A stretch of 64,000 nucleotides of DNA. Source: Felis catus (lineage: Eukaryota). The notes beneath the pieces are model-generated. The model searched no databases. It was not told the DNA's origin and was given only the letters and a program-made list of their open reading frames with translations. Position numbers and translations under genes: made by a program. Below, piece after piece: positions 51,569 to 64,000 of this stretch. The stretch covers positions 133,736,001 through 133,800,000 of the forward strand of contig NC_058368.1 of NCBI RefSeq assembly GCF_018350175.1, given 5' to 3'. Positions within the stretch are counted from its first letter, which is position 1; the number at the start of each line of letters is the position of its first letter.

Positions 51569-54426
51569 TATAGCATTCTTTTTCAATAGTTGTCTTCTCT
51601 TTCATTAATTTCAGATACGTTAGCCTTGCAACTCTAGGATTTTTAAGGTGAGAAATTAATAGTGGTTTGTATAAGCCTTCTTAACAGGAATCCAGGCTCA
51701 AGAATTCTCTCTTCAGAACACTTCTTAGATCTTAGTGGTTTTGAGTTCATTTTACCAGCTTCCTCATTGCCAAGATGCCTTCTAGGTACATAGACTTCTG
51801 TTTTCTTTGAAATTGTGATTGATTACAAATCATTTGATGGCTTCTTAAAAGAAGCTCTTTAAATATTAGAGGTTGTGGTTTGCCTTACCTTTTAAGGACT
51901 TTAAAATTAGTCTGTCTTCTTATACCAGGCCTAGGGTGATTTGGGAGTCAGAAGGTACAGATAATTGAGCTGTTTGGATATTAATGTGATACAGGCTTTT
52001 GATGTCATTCCTGGGAAATAGATTCCATGGAATGGGTTCCAGGTTTAAGGTCCATGAGGAAAAGGGTTCTGACTCTTGGCACCGATAGGCATATTCAGAA
52101 ATGTTGTATTCAAGCCAGAGTAAATATATAAGCCGTTTACACTTTCTTTCGGTTAGTAGAAGTCCCCTCTAAACACTTACTTTGGCATTAAGGAAGCTCG
52201 TCATGACCTGTTGTTCCAGAAAGATTATCGTTTTCAGTTTGAGCCAGTTTTCTAGTTCCCGTGTGAGTGGCATGCCCGGCCCAGAGCTGAAGAAACTCAG
52301 GCTTGCTTTTCAGCTCTTCCATTCTTTTAGGTGTGTCCCACAGGCAGTGGCCTGTCGCTGTTTCTTCGGCCACTTAACAGGTTTGATTTCAGATCTATTT
52401 AATAAGAAACTAACATGTTTGGAGGGGATTCATGGCCCAACATTTATGGACTTTGTTGGGAAGCTCCAGGTGTGTATGTATCTTGAACTCTATGTTAAGG
52501 CCTGTTAGGCTATCGTGATTTCACTTTTGTCTTCTTTGTTGTGTTTTTGCCTTCTTCACAGACTGGGTTCCTTAGGATGTCTCAGGGGTTTGATTGGGAC
52601 GGGATAGGCCCCTGATACTCAAGGCCGTGCAGCTCCTCTTTCAATTTATTTTCTTTGGTTAATGTAGTACGAAAGAGGAGTCAAATGATTAGAAACTGGG
52701 CCAAAAGCTCAGAGCTGGGGGATTGACCTCTGAAACATGGGATGTTGTTTATATTTAAACATATTTGGAGGGGGTATTTATGATTTATGCATCTCTGTGT
52801 GAGCCTTTTCCTGCTTTGTGGCTCATGGGTCGCCTGAATCACCTTCTGAATCCTGATAACCTCATAGCCTAGTTTGACTACATTTGACTTCTGTGGACAG
52901 GGTCTGTGGAATCATCGCATTGCCTCATTTACTCACGTACGTACCAAATATTTGTTGAGTACCTTTTATGTGATGAGGGCTGTGGTTATCACCTGGGAAC
53001 CAAAGATGCATGTGGCACGATCCTTCCTTTTGGTGGGGTTAGAAAGCAGTGTAACCAGGTAATTAACAGCAGCGTGTAATAACCGGTAGGAGATGTACCG
53101 ACATCAGCAAAGCAAGACAGAGAGGCGGAACATGTGTTGAGGAAGTTTGTCACCTCGGTTGTACCCTATCTATAATAATCTATTTTACAGAAGGAAACAT
53201 GGGGGCTTAACAAAATCAATTAACTGCCTGAATCTTGCCAGTAGTAAGAGGTTAATCTGGATAGAAATTTAACTGTATTCTTCTGTCTCCAATGGAGTAT
53301 AACTCCAGCAACATTCTAATTATTGAAAATGATAATTGTAAAGTAAGATTCTAGCATCTCAGGTTTTATGGTACAGAATCCACCTGGCAATTTGAAGATA
53401 GGTGTGGGAATACAGAGCCCTGATAATTTTCATCTGTGCGATAGAAATGCCACCTGCTTGCTGTCTGAGGGAAGAGGGTGAAAAATAGAGGTAGGTTTTA
53501 CTTTGTGTTAAAATGCCGCTTGCTGATTCCCTCTCCCATTAATGGAAACTGTGTATGTATTCTCCTGTGCTTTCCTCGTCTTAAAGTATCAGTCTATACT
53601 GGTATTTGAGTGGGTTGGTAAAATTGAGGTTTTACTTATGGTATAGCTCCGAAGTCTGCTATCTCAGAGGCCTTTTGAATGAGTAACACTGCTGTCCCCA
53701 AGCTCACTTTTCTGAGATTTCTCTCTAAATATTATAAAATCCTGTGCGTTCACATGAATGTATGTATTAGGAACACATTTCACAATCCTTGCTGATCTTG
53801 TACATACAGTTCATTTCCTCTAAGGACACAAGTTGACAATACAGTTTGAATGCCAAAAAACAAAAAAAGATCAGTTGGGATTTTAGAGATGAATTGCTTA
53901 CAGGCTTCTTCCTCACTTTTTAACAATCTAATAATTGGTTTTGAATATGCTAGTGCTAACTACCTTGTTTTTTTTTTTTTTTTAAAAAGGGAGATGAGTG
54001 GAAGGCACTCACTTAAATACATCTTTTCCTTGGGAAAGTCATTGTATTTAAAGAACTAAGAAGTAACTGCTTTGCTCTGCATAAGACAATTATAAAAAAA
54101 TAGAATAAGGAATCTGTAGCATGCAAAAGGCACAAATACTGTATCCAGGATTCTCTAAAAAACAGAAATCCTTCACTGGCCATCTTGTGGCTCTTATTGG
54201 TACAATATCTGAGCTCTATTTGAGGGAACGGCTGCCCCTTCCTGAGGAGGGAGTGGAAGAAGCAAGTATTCCCTTCAGAGGCTTTTTCACATGTTCCGTA
54301 CCTTCGTTTTCACTGCCACTAACCCAGGCCTAGGCCTTCTCCAGATTGCTTGGGACTCTAGGTTGACCGCTGGTATTTACTTGCTCTAGAACAAGTCCAG
54401 GGCGATAGGTATGTTTTGTTTTGTTT

Positions 54427-54597
54427 TGTTTTTTAATTTTTTTTTCAACGTTTATTTATTTTTGGGACAGAGAGAGACAGAGCATGAACGGGGGAGGGGC
54501 AGAGAGAGAGGGAGACACAGAATCGGAAACAGGCTCCAGGCTCTGAGCCATAAGCCCAGAGCCTGACGCGGGGCTCGAACTCCCAGACCGCGAGATC
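54427..54597 (-). mobile_element. Young felid Can-SINE, 5'-truncated
   Basis: Young-subfamily body ending at GCGAGATC; TGTTTTGTTTTGTTT on both sides. Confidence 0.95.
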
Positions 54598-55367
54598 TGT
54601 TTTGTTTTGTTTTAATTAGGTTTATTGAGATCCAGTTTAGAGACAGTAAAGCCATTCCTTTCAGGTTTGCAGTTCCATGAATTTTGGCAGACACAGTCCT
54701 GTGACCACCACCACACTTTTCCATACCCTCAAAAAGTTGTAGGTGTTTTTTAATTGTTTGATACTGCTCATATTGGATTAGAATAAGGTGTTTTGTTTTT
54801 CTCACCCCTTCCTTCCCTTTTTAAAAACTTAGTTTCCATATTTTATTCAGACTATAGGTTCTTTTTTTTCCCTGATGTCCTTTTTCTATTCTAGGATCCC
54901 AGCCAAGATACAGTGTTACATTGTGTCACCCTTTTCAAAAATTATTTTGATGAGGAAGATGATTAACACAGAGTTTGATGACTTGGTTAATAATATTCAG
55001 GAGGTACCAGGAAAATGCATCATGAGATCCCTGAGAGGAAAGCAGAAACTACCGAAATCGTGGTACATGATTAATGTATAATAGCCCCTTGATCCTACAA
55101 AGGTGAAGAAGTTGTAAGAAACCAGATTAACTATTTCCTGCTGGTCAGATTTGTTTAAAACAATCTGGAGGTGTTTATTGGGCCATGAGGTGGAAGGTAT
55201 GTAGTTTAAGACATAAATTATGAATGTTGGAAAATAAATACAGACATCCAAAAGGAATCTTGGAGTTTTTCAATGCAAGTGACAGCAAAACAAAACATAC
55301 ATTTTATAAAAGGTAAACTCAAGATACTTTAATTGCTTTGTAAAATAATTTATTGCTTCTTACCAGT

Positions 55368-55566
55368 ATTTTTAATTTTTGAGAGAGAGAGACAGACTGG
55401 TGTGAGCAGGAGAGGGGCAGAGAGAGAGGGAGACACAGAATCCAACGCAGAATCTAGGCTCCGAGCTGTCAGCACAGAGCCCAACGCAGGGCTCAAACTC
55501 CTGGACCACATGATCGTGACCTGAGCTGAAGTCAGACACCTAGCCAACTGAGCCACCCAGGCACCC
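55368..55566 (-). mobile_element. Can-SINE
   Basis: Reverse body and head. Confidence 0.94.
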
Positions 55567-55857
55567 TTAACTAAAGAACAATTTTAGTCTCAGTGGAATG
55601 TAGATAGCTTTTAAGGTAAAACGTGAACATAATGCATGCTGACGACAGAGAATGGAGAAAATACCAACAACTGTAGAGTCAAAAAATTTCCCCAGATTCT
55701 AGTACTCAAACATTCCCATATTAAAAATATGCAGTTATCATTCCAAGTTTTATTTTCCGAGTGCACGTGTATATACCACAAAATTCGTATTTTGTAGCTC
55801 CTCTTTTATGAGCTGATTTTTTTTCCCTTAAAGGCATTCTTTTAAATAGCCAGCTTT

Positions 55858-56074
55858 GGGGTGCCTGGGTGGCTCAGTCGGTTAAGCGTCTGACTTCGGC
55901 TCAAGTCATGATCTCATGGTCCGTGAGTTCAGGCCCCGCATCGGGCTCTGTGCTGACAGCTCAGAGCCTGGGGCCTGTTTCAGATTCTGTGTCTCCCTCT
56001 CTCTGACCCTCCCCCGTTCATGCTGTCTCTCTGTCTCAAAAATAAAGAAACGTTAAATAAATAAATAAATAAAT
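55858..56074 (+). mobile_element. Can-SINE
   Basis: TSD AAATAGCCAGCTTT on both sides. Confidence 0.96.
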
Positions 56075-57828
56075 AAATAGCCAGCTTTACAGTGGTATAA
56101 TATCCAGAAAATTTGAAAAATACCTCTAATGTACAAGAAGGTACATAGGAATTATCTATGAAGTTGTATGGAAGCATGAAGACCATTGTCTGAAAGCCAC
56201 TGAGCCAAGGCACAGCCTTACCATACGTGGGAGTGTCCATGGCCAGCTCCCTGGTGTGCAGAGTGAGGCCCAGGCCACTGACACCAGTGATGTCACCTTA
56301 GATGGTCTCACATTTTAGGTCCTGTTTTTCTCCACTTATATTCAGAGCTCTCTTGAAATGTTCCCTTTAAAAATACTAATGCTAACTCCGAAAGATTCCA
56401 ATTACCATCTCCCCACAGGCTTAAATGTTAAACCTCAAGATCTAAACTTTATCCCTTATGGATGTGAGCAGGCTCGCCAGATGGCAGGCCAATTAATATA
56501 TTTTTGCAAGGTGTAGAAATGTTTTTTCTCCATAGGGGAACAATGAATCCATCTGTTCCACATCTTCCTTTCCCCTCTGTCCTTTGGGGAAAATCATCAT
56601 TTAATTTTCAGAAATAATTGTGCAACTCTCTAAGTGCTACTTTTGCTTTTTAAGGGAGATAGTTTTAATAATTGAAACTTTTTCTTACTGTGAGAATTTA
56701 AAGAGGCCTATGTCATGGATTAAGACATGTGGCCATCTGAGTTTCATCCAGGTTATTATTTCCTGTTTTGATTGTTGGGCCTACAGAATTGTGTTGAAAA
56801 ACTCATTCAGGGAAGGTGTCACTTGGAAAAGACTTTAAGAAACATGTAGTCAGACCCCATTATTGTAAGATGACAAAACTGACGTTCAGGTACAAAACTT
56901 TGAAGCTGTTCAGCAAGTTGGAACCTGGATGGTCTTGGATCCTGGTCTTCAGGTTCTAAACTAGGACACCTGGGGTGAAAACAGAATCTTCACTTTCTCA
57001 GGAGGCATTAAAAGAGCAAGAACTTTGAAGAAGGTTCAAGTGGAAGCAGGAGTGCACACATTGTTTTTGCCTCTTCCTTGATTCCCAGGCGCTAAACTGT
57101 ATGCATCACTCTTAAATTTTCTTTACATACTCAAGTGGCTTTTCAGATCAGCAGGTGATGCTTAACTGTTTAGTGTCTGTGTATTGCCTCCAACTCTGTA
57201 AAAGTTCCTGAAGGCCAAACACCACGTCCTTTTTTTTTTTTTTTTTTTTTAAGCACTTTTATAGTGTGCTGTCTGGGCATGAAATGAATGAATTAGGAAA
57301 TATATGAGTATCACTGGTAGTGTTTTACAGAGTTCTCTCTGGGAGTGTTACAGTTCTAGGAGAGTGACTACAGTATAGCTTTGTGATCATCTGACACATT
57401 ATAATACAGAATTTGGTTCCTTTTCCCTTCTGGTATAAAGACGTTCGGTATTGAATATTTCAGAAGCTTCTTTTGGGAGGAGTGCTTCACCTACATCCCT
57501 GTTTTACCAGCATTGATGATGTCTGCTGTAATGTGTCATAGGTGGGCATAGATCGATTAATGTTAAGCTAGAGCGAGGATTTAGACTCGTCTTTTTTTTT
57601 TTCTTTTACATTGACTTCCTTATCTGTTTTCAACTTAAGAGAACCTTTCACATGGAAACAATTTACACTTCGGCTTTAGACATACCTTGGTTGGAATTCT
57701 GACTGTAACAATCTGGACGTGTAACAGGCAGGTCACCTTGCTTTGGATACATGGTTTCCTCATCCTTAACTAGGAAAAATAATCACACTTTTTGTGCCTC
57801 ATATAAAGTGAATTATGAAGCACTTAGG

Positions 57829-58051
57829 TCAGGGCTCTGTAGACAAACTACAGCCTACAGGCCCAGTCTGGCCCACTGCCTGTCTTTGCACATAAAGCTG
57901 TATTACAACTCATCCACATCAGTTCGTTTAGGTACTAACTATGGCTGCTGGTGCTACAGTAGCAGAATCCAGTAGTTGTAACATGAGACTCTGGCCTGCA
58001 AAGCTGAATAATGTATACTCTGGTCCTGTGTGGAGGATTTTGCCCACCCAG
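57829..58051. mobile_element. MER58-like hAT-Charlie DNA transposon
   Basis: CAAACTACAGCC...TCTGGCCCACTGCCTGT...ATGGCTGCT...TGGCCTGCAAAGCTGAA. Confidence 0.8.
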
Positions 58052-59274
58052 AACCTCCGGCAGGGGCTAGCGCTTGTAGGCACTCGGTCCATGTTAATCC
58101 TCCCATACCTTTAGTCTTCCCATTATTGTTTCAAGTTCCTTCTTTCTCTTTAGGCGCTCTGTAAAGAAAGATAGTTCCGGTGTGGCCTTCTCAAATAACA
58201 TTCCTTCCAAAGCCCCTCTCCACCTCTGTAGTATGGCCAAAGCCTCAAGCCGTGACACAGGACAGAACACGCTGAGAGAGGTATCGACACAACTCCCACA
58301 CCGTGATATACAGCCTGTCTGGACTTGAATTGGGTATTGAGCATGTTGCGGGAATAGAAATTGCTCTAATCTAAGAGTAAATAAATACAGGCATTCTATG
58401 TACATGGCAACATGTCTCTATTTAGTATTTCTTACTCTCTTACTAGGAGCGTCCAATGTATACTTCTTCAAAACCTTCCCAGTAGAACCCCTAAAACTGG
58501 AATTTTTTTCACTTCTAAAAACAATCAAAAATTGCTACAAATTATAAATACCATGTTTAGCGCAGGACCTCCTGAAACCCTAAAGCAAGAGTTTTCTGAC
58601 TGACCTCACTCTGAGCCATTGAAAAGAGGAAGTTCTCAAAGGAGCGATTAGACTTTTTTGTTGTTGGTTTATTTTGTTTTGTATTTAAGCAAAATGAACT
58701 TGGAGTTCTCAGCAATTTTGATTAGGGACGCCCTGGTGTCTAGTAGAAAACTAAGATGGGGAAAAGACTGATAGAATGTGCCCAACGAGGATTTCATGAT
58801 TGATGGGTACATGCCAACTCCCACACACGGTAGAGAGAAACATGGCCGGGTTGGGGGGGGCGCACATCTGAGAGCTGTTAAGGGCAATTATGCATGCTTG
58901 TTATTTTTTATTTTTAAAATGTATTAAGATAAGTCTTTTCAGAATAATGAAGGGTCCCCCCCCCCCCGTATTTTAACATTATCTGTGTCTCTAAAAAAAA
59001 ATAACGTGAAGAGATGTTAAGAGCATTACCCAAAATTCTGTAAAGTCCTTCTTGCCTCTCTTTGCTCTTCTTTCCAACACATGTCAGTGTTTCTAGTGCT
59101 TCTCTACAGCCCTGTTAGCTTTTATCCCAACATGTTTTAATTCTGGGTATACTTATCTGAATTCCCAGCTGATAGTAAATGTCTTGAGGCAGAGAGTTTA
59201 TGCCAGCGTGGTACCTGGCACATCATAGACAGTTGATCGAGGTTTATTGAATGAAAGCACTCCACAGCGAGCAT

Positions 59275-59500
59275 ATTCATGCATATAGGCTTTTCTGTCT
59301 TTTGGAACTATTTCCCTAGGATAAATTCCCAGAATAGAGATTTCTAAGCCAAAATGACGTGCACATATTTATGAATCTTGATATATAATGCCAAGTAGCT
59401 TTTATGTCTACTTGAGGCTCCTTCCAAGTTTGTGACTCTCCCATTGCATGGTGTGTTATTACTAGATTGGCAGTCTGGGTGTTCCACATTTTCCCTAGCA
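59275..59500 (-). mobile_element. Ancient L1 (L1ME-like) fragment
   Basis: TTTCCCTAGGATAAATTCCCAGAATAGA and TTCCACATTTTCCCTAGCA resemble the reverse L1 ORF2 end. Confidence 0.55.
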
Positions 59501-60184
59501 AAAGAAATAGAAAGAGTGTATAATATCGCCGCTTTTAAGTCTGGAAGGAACACTGCATATACTTTAGGGTGAAAAGCTTCTATGAGAATGAATATCCCCT
59601 CCATGGAACTTAGGAAATGGAGGCAGGGAGGCAGCAGGGGCAAGGGATAGGATAAAAGACACTGTTACAGTGACAAAGAACTCCTGGAGTTTTATAATTG
59701 CTCTGACCTTTGGCTATATTGTTATCAATACTTGAAGAAAGCATTTGGATGAATTTTATTTGCTTCCCCCCCTCAACACATATTAAATGTTCAAATATGA
59801 AACGTTACTAAAGGCAAATTGCTGTTAATGCAAATTCCAAGGCCTGCTTTTATCGAGGTTTGAAACATTTTGTGTAATGTTTTATGCATTTCCATCTTCA
59901 TTTGATCTGATTTGTGTGCGAAATAAGATTGGATCTCTGTGCTGTGACACTGGGTAACCATAGCTTTTTTTGAGTTGGATATTTTGCTCTCCCTCATTTA
60001 ATGTTTGACTAGCTCATAAATTCCCAACAATAAGTAGCAGTATCTCTCTCCCTTTTGGTACAAGTATGCTGTTAACGAACACCTATAGAATCACCTAAAT
60101 GCCACCTTGTAGATGGCATATAAAGTTTGTAGGGGCTAAGCTGAATAGAGCTAGGGCCATGTTCAATTAAAAATGCCCTGTCCT

Positions 60185-60409
60185 GGGGTGCCTGGGTGGC
60201 TCAGTTGGTTAAGTGTCCGACTCAGAGTCGGCTCAGGTCATGATCTCACTGTTCTTGAGTCTGAGCCACACATTTGGCTCTTGGCGCTGACCGTGTGGAG
60301 CCTGCTTGGGATTCCCTCCCTCTTTCTCTCTGGGTGCCGGTCTTGCTCTTACAAGTGTGCGTTCTCTCTCTCTTTCTCTCTCAAAATAAATAAACCTTAA
60401 AAAAAAAAC
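60185..60409 (+). mobile_element. Can-SINE
   Basis: Head, linker and tail; AAATGCCC on both flanks. Confidence 0.94.
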
Positions 60410-61817
60410 AAATGCCCAGTATGGAAATTGAGGATTCTAGTGAGTAGGAGGGTTCAACAGATGCTCTAAAGAATTTATGAGTGTTCTGTGTTATATATTG
60501 CATAATATATGATATGATATATGATGTATCTGTGTGTATGTGTGTATGTGATATATCATATATTTGTGGGTATGTGTATATATGATTCACCTGGCTAGGA
60601 AGTAAGCAGTGAAAAATGTGCTGGTTTTTCATCACTTCCTGAGCCTGTTGCTAGTGAAGCAAGAGTGTATTAGAACTAACCACAGCCACATAAGCATGGT
60701 AGAGGCTCTTCTTACCTTGACCGTTTGCCTTTGGAAGGACCCAACAGCCAGGACTTGTGGGAATGTGGACATGTCCCCTGCTCCTTGTGTAGTAAGTTGG
60801 GTCCTTACATTGGAGGAGTCTGTGTCCCTCAGCATCTTGCCATCAGAGCAGCATGACCTCTTTGTCATAACCACATGTGCTCCCCTAATGAATGAGGGCC
60901 ATGAACGTGCAGAAACCGTGAGCCAGCCACACCTCCCTACTGACCGGGCTTGAACTAGGTTGCCCAACTGGAAAATGAGGTCTTTGAAATAAAAAGAAGT
61001 TAAGGAATAAAATCAACAAAGCACTTCTCATTTGCTAGTCTTAAAGTCAGTCTTCTTTGCTAGAGTTTGTGTTTTAATGACAGAGGTCTGAGTATGTTCC
61101 AAACAAGAGGGGTAGCAAGCTGAGTTTATCCTAATCCTTTCAGAGAATGGAAGCCATTGTTTCACATTTCCTGCCTACCTCCTTCAACTTTGCATTTTCA
61201 AGAAAAGTCTTTTGGAAGAGAGAGAATTATGAATGCTCTTAAATGTCATGCCATTTGACTGTTAAAACACCGTCTCAGGATAGTAGCTTCTGATGGAGAG
61301 GCAGGTTCTTGTTTGGCTTTGCAGTTGTCGTATAAATGCCTCCATGTAAATCTAGATACAGACTTTTAGCCTAAGAGACCTGTGATTTGACTTGTCCATC
61401 TACTTAGGAAAGGTAATTCATGTGACTGTAAGAAGGCTTTGTAAACGTAGAATCATTTTCAGGTTGGAAGACCCTCTACCAAATTTGATAGAAGCTTGAT
61501 ACATAGGCTGTAAGCAGGTTTTCCTCCCTTAGTTGCTACTGTGGATCAATATCTCTTCTTGCCTCTTCTAGAGTTTGCATGCAATTTTCTATCATGGTCA
61601 TTTATGTTCATCAGTATGAAACAGAATCATTGTAAATCATAGCCCTTTAGGCACATTTTTTTTTTCCTTCTGTAATGCTTGAGACCATGGAATCCTATTC
61701 AGAAGAGATGAAAAAACAATCCATCATTTTTTTAGTGACCCACAGAACTGGCATAGATGTGGATGGCAAGGTCTCCTTGTCTCCTTATCTTTGGGCTTCA
61801 TCTTATAGTTTAATTCT

Positions 61818-62052
61818 TTTTTTTTTTTTTTAACTTTTTAAAGTTTATTTATTTATTTATTTAGAGAGAGCTAGAGACAGCATGAGCAGGGGAAGGATAG
61901 AGAGCAAGAGGGAGAAGAGAGAGAATCCCAAGCAGGCCCTGCACTGTCAGGACAGAGCCTAACATGGGGCTTGATCCCACACACCATGAGACCATGACCT
62001 AAGCTGAAATCCAGAGTCAGATGCTTACCTGACTGAGCCACCAAGGTGCCCC
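61818..62052 (-). mobile_element. Can-SINE
   Basis: TSD TCATCTTATA(G/T)TTTAATTCT at 61798-61817 and 62053-62072. Confidence 0.95.
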
Positions 62053-62099
62053 TCATCTTATATTTTAATTCTGAATGCCAATGAAAATGAAGCTCCCTG

Positions 62100-62327
62100 G
62101 GGGGTGTCTGGGTGGCTCATTCGGTTGAGCGTCCAACTCCAGCTCAGGTCATGATCTCACAGTTTGTGGTGTGGGTTCGAGCCCCGCACACGGCTCTGTG
62201 CTGACATCTCAGACCCTGGAGCCTGCTTCAGAGTGTGTGTCTCCCCCTCTCCCTGACCCTCCCATGTTCATGCTCTGTCTCTCTCTGTCTCTCAATAATA
62301 AATACATGTTAAAAAAAAAAGTTAAAA
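62100..62327 (+). mobile_element. Can-SINE
   Basis: GAAAATGAAGCT at 62083-62094 and 62328-62339. Confidence 0.95.
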
Positions 62328-63394
62328 GAAAATGAAGCTGTCTGTGAAAAAAAAAAAATCAGGTTTAAAGTAGCCAGTTACCTTTATTTGTGTAAGTCCA
62401 AATATATCACGTTAAATATGGGAGGTAGAATAACTATAATATATTCTATTTTAATGTTTTTACATACAATTATTAAAAGTTATCTTCATCAGGAAAGAAT
62501 GTTTATGTAATTATTATAAATTGTCAGAGTTATTACTTGAGATGTATAAGTATATTTATTACCCACATATTTAATGATATAATTCAGATAATTAGCGTAG
62601 AGACGGCAGTTTTTTACTTTAATGTTGTACTAAGATAAATGGTTTGCCTACTGTTCACATTTATCTGTAGCACAGAACTCATCAAAATATATGGTTGCTA
62701 CAGAAACAAAGTGAAATATATCTGTCTTGACCAGTAGCTCATGCATAAGTGTTTTATTCTCTTTAGAGTCCTAACTGTGCCACAAAAGCAAAGTGAACTC
62801 TGGCTGGGTTCCATATCCCTGTGCACACGCACAGGTGAATGTCAATGTATTATAAGCATCTAGGGGGCTAATGGGACCTCTTGGTTCTCCATTTAGGGTT
62901 GGAAACTTAGACATGGTGCCAAGATGTGTCGTTGCCTCTACCCATGAAACTGCATGAAAGATGGGGGAGTTTCTTTCTAGTTTTCTTTAGGTCATTCTGC
63001 ATGAAAACTACCTGTCAGAATTAAAAGTGGTAAAACTGTGCATTCTGTAAGAATGGTAAGTTTCTTCCTCATGAGAGTTTCAGTCTCAAAGCGGTTTGCC
63101 ATTTGTCAACGAGTAGAGACTTGGACGAAAGAGTTGTTTGGCTCCTAGTCTGTTTTAAGCGCTTCAGATAAGAAACATCCTTATTTCCCAGAAGCCACCC
63201 CCTAGGGGATGATCTCTTATGGCTACCTCCAAGTTTAAGAAGCTCTCCCTAAAGCAGGGGAGATTTCATTTGGGGGATGAGGCTTGGGAAGTGGAGTTTG
63301 GTACACTCTGCCCTACCATTGTCTGCACCTGTTTGTTCATGAATTCAGTAACTATTAGCTGAACACCTTCCCTATGTTGGGCATTGTGTTGAGA

Positions 63395-64000
63395 AGGCAG
63401 TGGTGAAGGAGACAGATGATTCCTGCCATTTTGAAAGCTTGCAGTTTCATGGGGAATGTGGTGGGAGTGGGTGAAGAAGACACGAAGATTAACAGGAACT
63501 TGCAGCATTGTGTGTGATTGTGCCTCTGTGTCTACCTCTCTTAGCCCTCAAGAGGGTGGGGAGTGCAGGAATACAAAACAGCTTTGAGAGCATCCCGTGG
63601 CCATGTGACAGAAAGTTTACGGGGAAGTAAACCAGGTTGGTGGCTGAGAGAGGAGCCAGCGAATGGTGGAGACTACTCCAGGCACAGAACCCTGGCAATG
63701 AGACCTGAAGAAATTGTATTAGGGCGCCAGAGGCCTGAAATTTACTCCCCTGGCGGGAGGTGCTGATGAAGGGTTTTACCTAGGGCAGTGAGTGATTAGA
63801 TCCCATTTGCCCATTGGAAAGATTCCTGGCAGTGGAGGAGGAAGTGGAATGGGACAAGGAGGAGGCCAGGCTTCCAGGCCAGAGATAGTGGCGATACGAC
63901 TGCCAAGTTGGTGGCAGTGAGCGTGAAGGGAGATGGAATCCACAGGACTGGATGACCAGTTGGATGATTATAGTGAGGAAGGGTGAAACCGGAAACACAG
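63395..64000 (-). mobile_element. L2 fragment (runs off the window)
   Basis: TTGGAAAGATTCCTGGCAG and GACTGGATGACCAGTTGGATG resemble reverse L2 body. Confidence 0.65.

Noticed and set aside
56473..56490. CTCF-like CGCCAGATGGCAG (weaker matches near 13681 and 23772)
   Set aside because: Cannot score against a matrix here; partial matches are common by chance
451..62056. Recurrent short ORFs such as MAQSVKRPTSAQVMISRF and ETQNPKQAPGSELSAQS
   Set aside because: Translations of Can-SINE copies, not a gene family
1..64000. Prokaryote-type systems (CRISPR, operons, defence loci) or a foreign insert
   Set aside because: Uniformly mammalian repeat-rich sequence; no repeat-spacer array, gene-dense segment or compositional break seen

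Overview
This is 64 kb of mammalian, almost certainly felid (cat-like), non-coding DNA. It looks like the interior of a long intron, probably transcribed on +. No intact protein-coding gene or RNA gene can be supported, and the host gene is not identifiable from sequence alone. The window holds about 31 carnivore tRNA-derived Can-SINEs (about 20 on -, 11 on +; five are young and near-identical). It also holds several 5'-truncated L1 copies, one with a long ORF2 remnant and a 15-bp TSD, plus ancient L2, MIR, MLT1, MER5, MER20, MER44 and MER58 relics and microsatellites. A small CpG island at about 38.55-38.81 kb may be an internal or bidirectional promoter or enhancer. The most interesting observations are candidate splice elements (an 18-nt microexon, a 65-nt exon ending in ATG, a hairpin-masked recursive-splice-like site), a repeatedly reused SINE insertion site, a fold-back rearrangement scar inside an L1, and close inverted SINE pairs. 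I found no convincing new biological system. Repeat family calls are from recalled consensus similarity, not a database search, and boundaries of old repeats are approximate.
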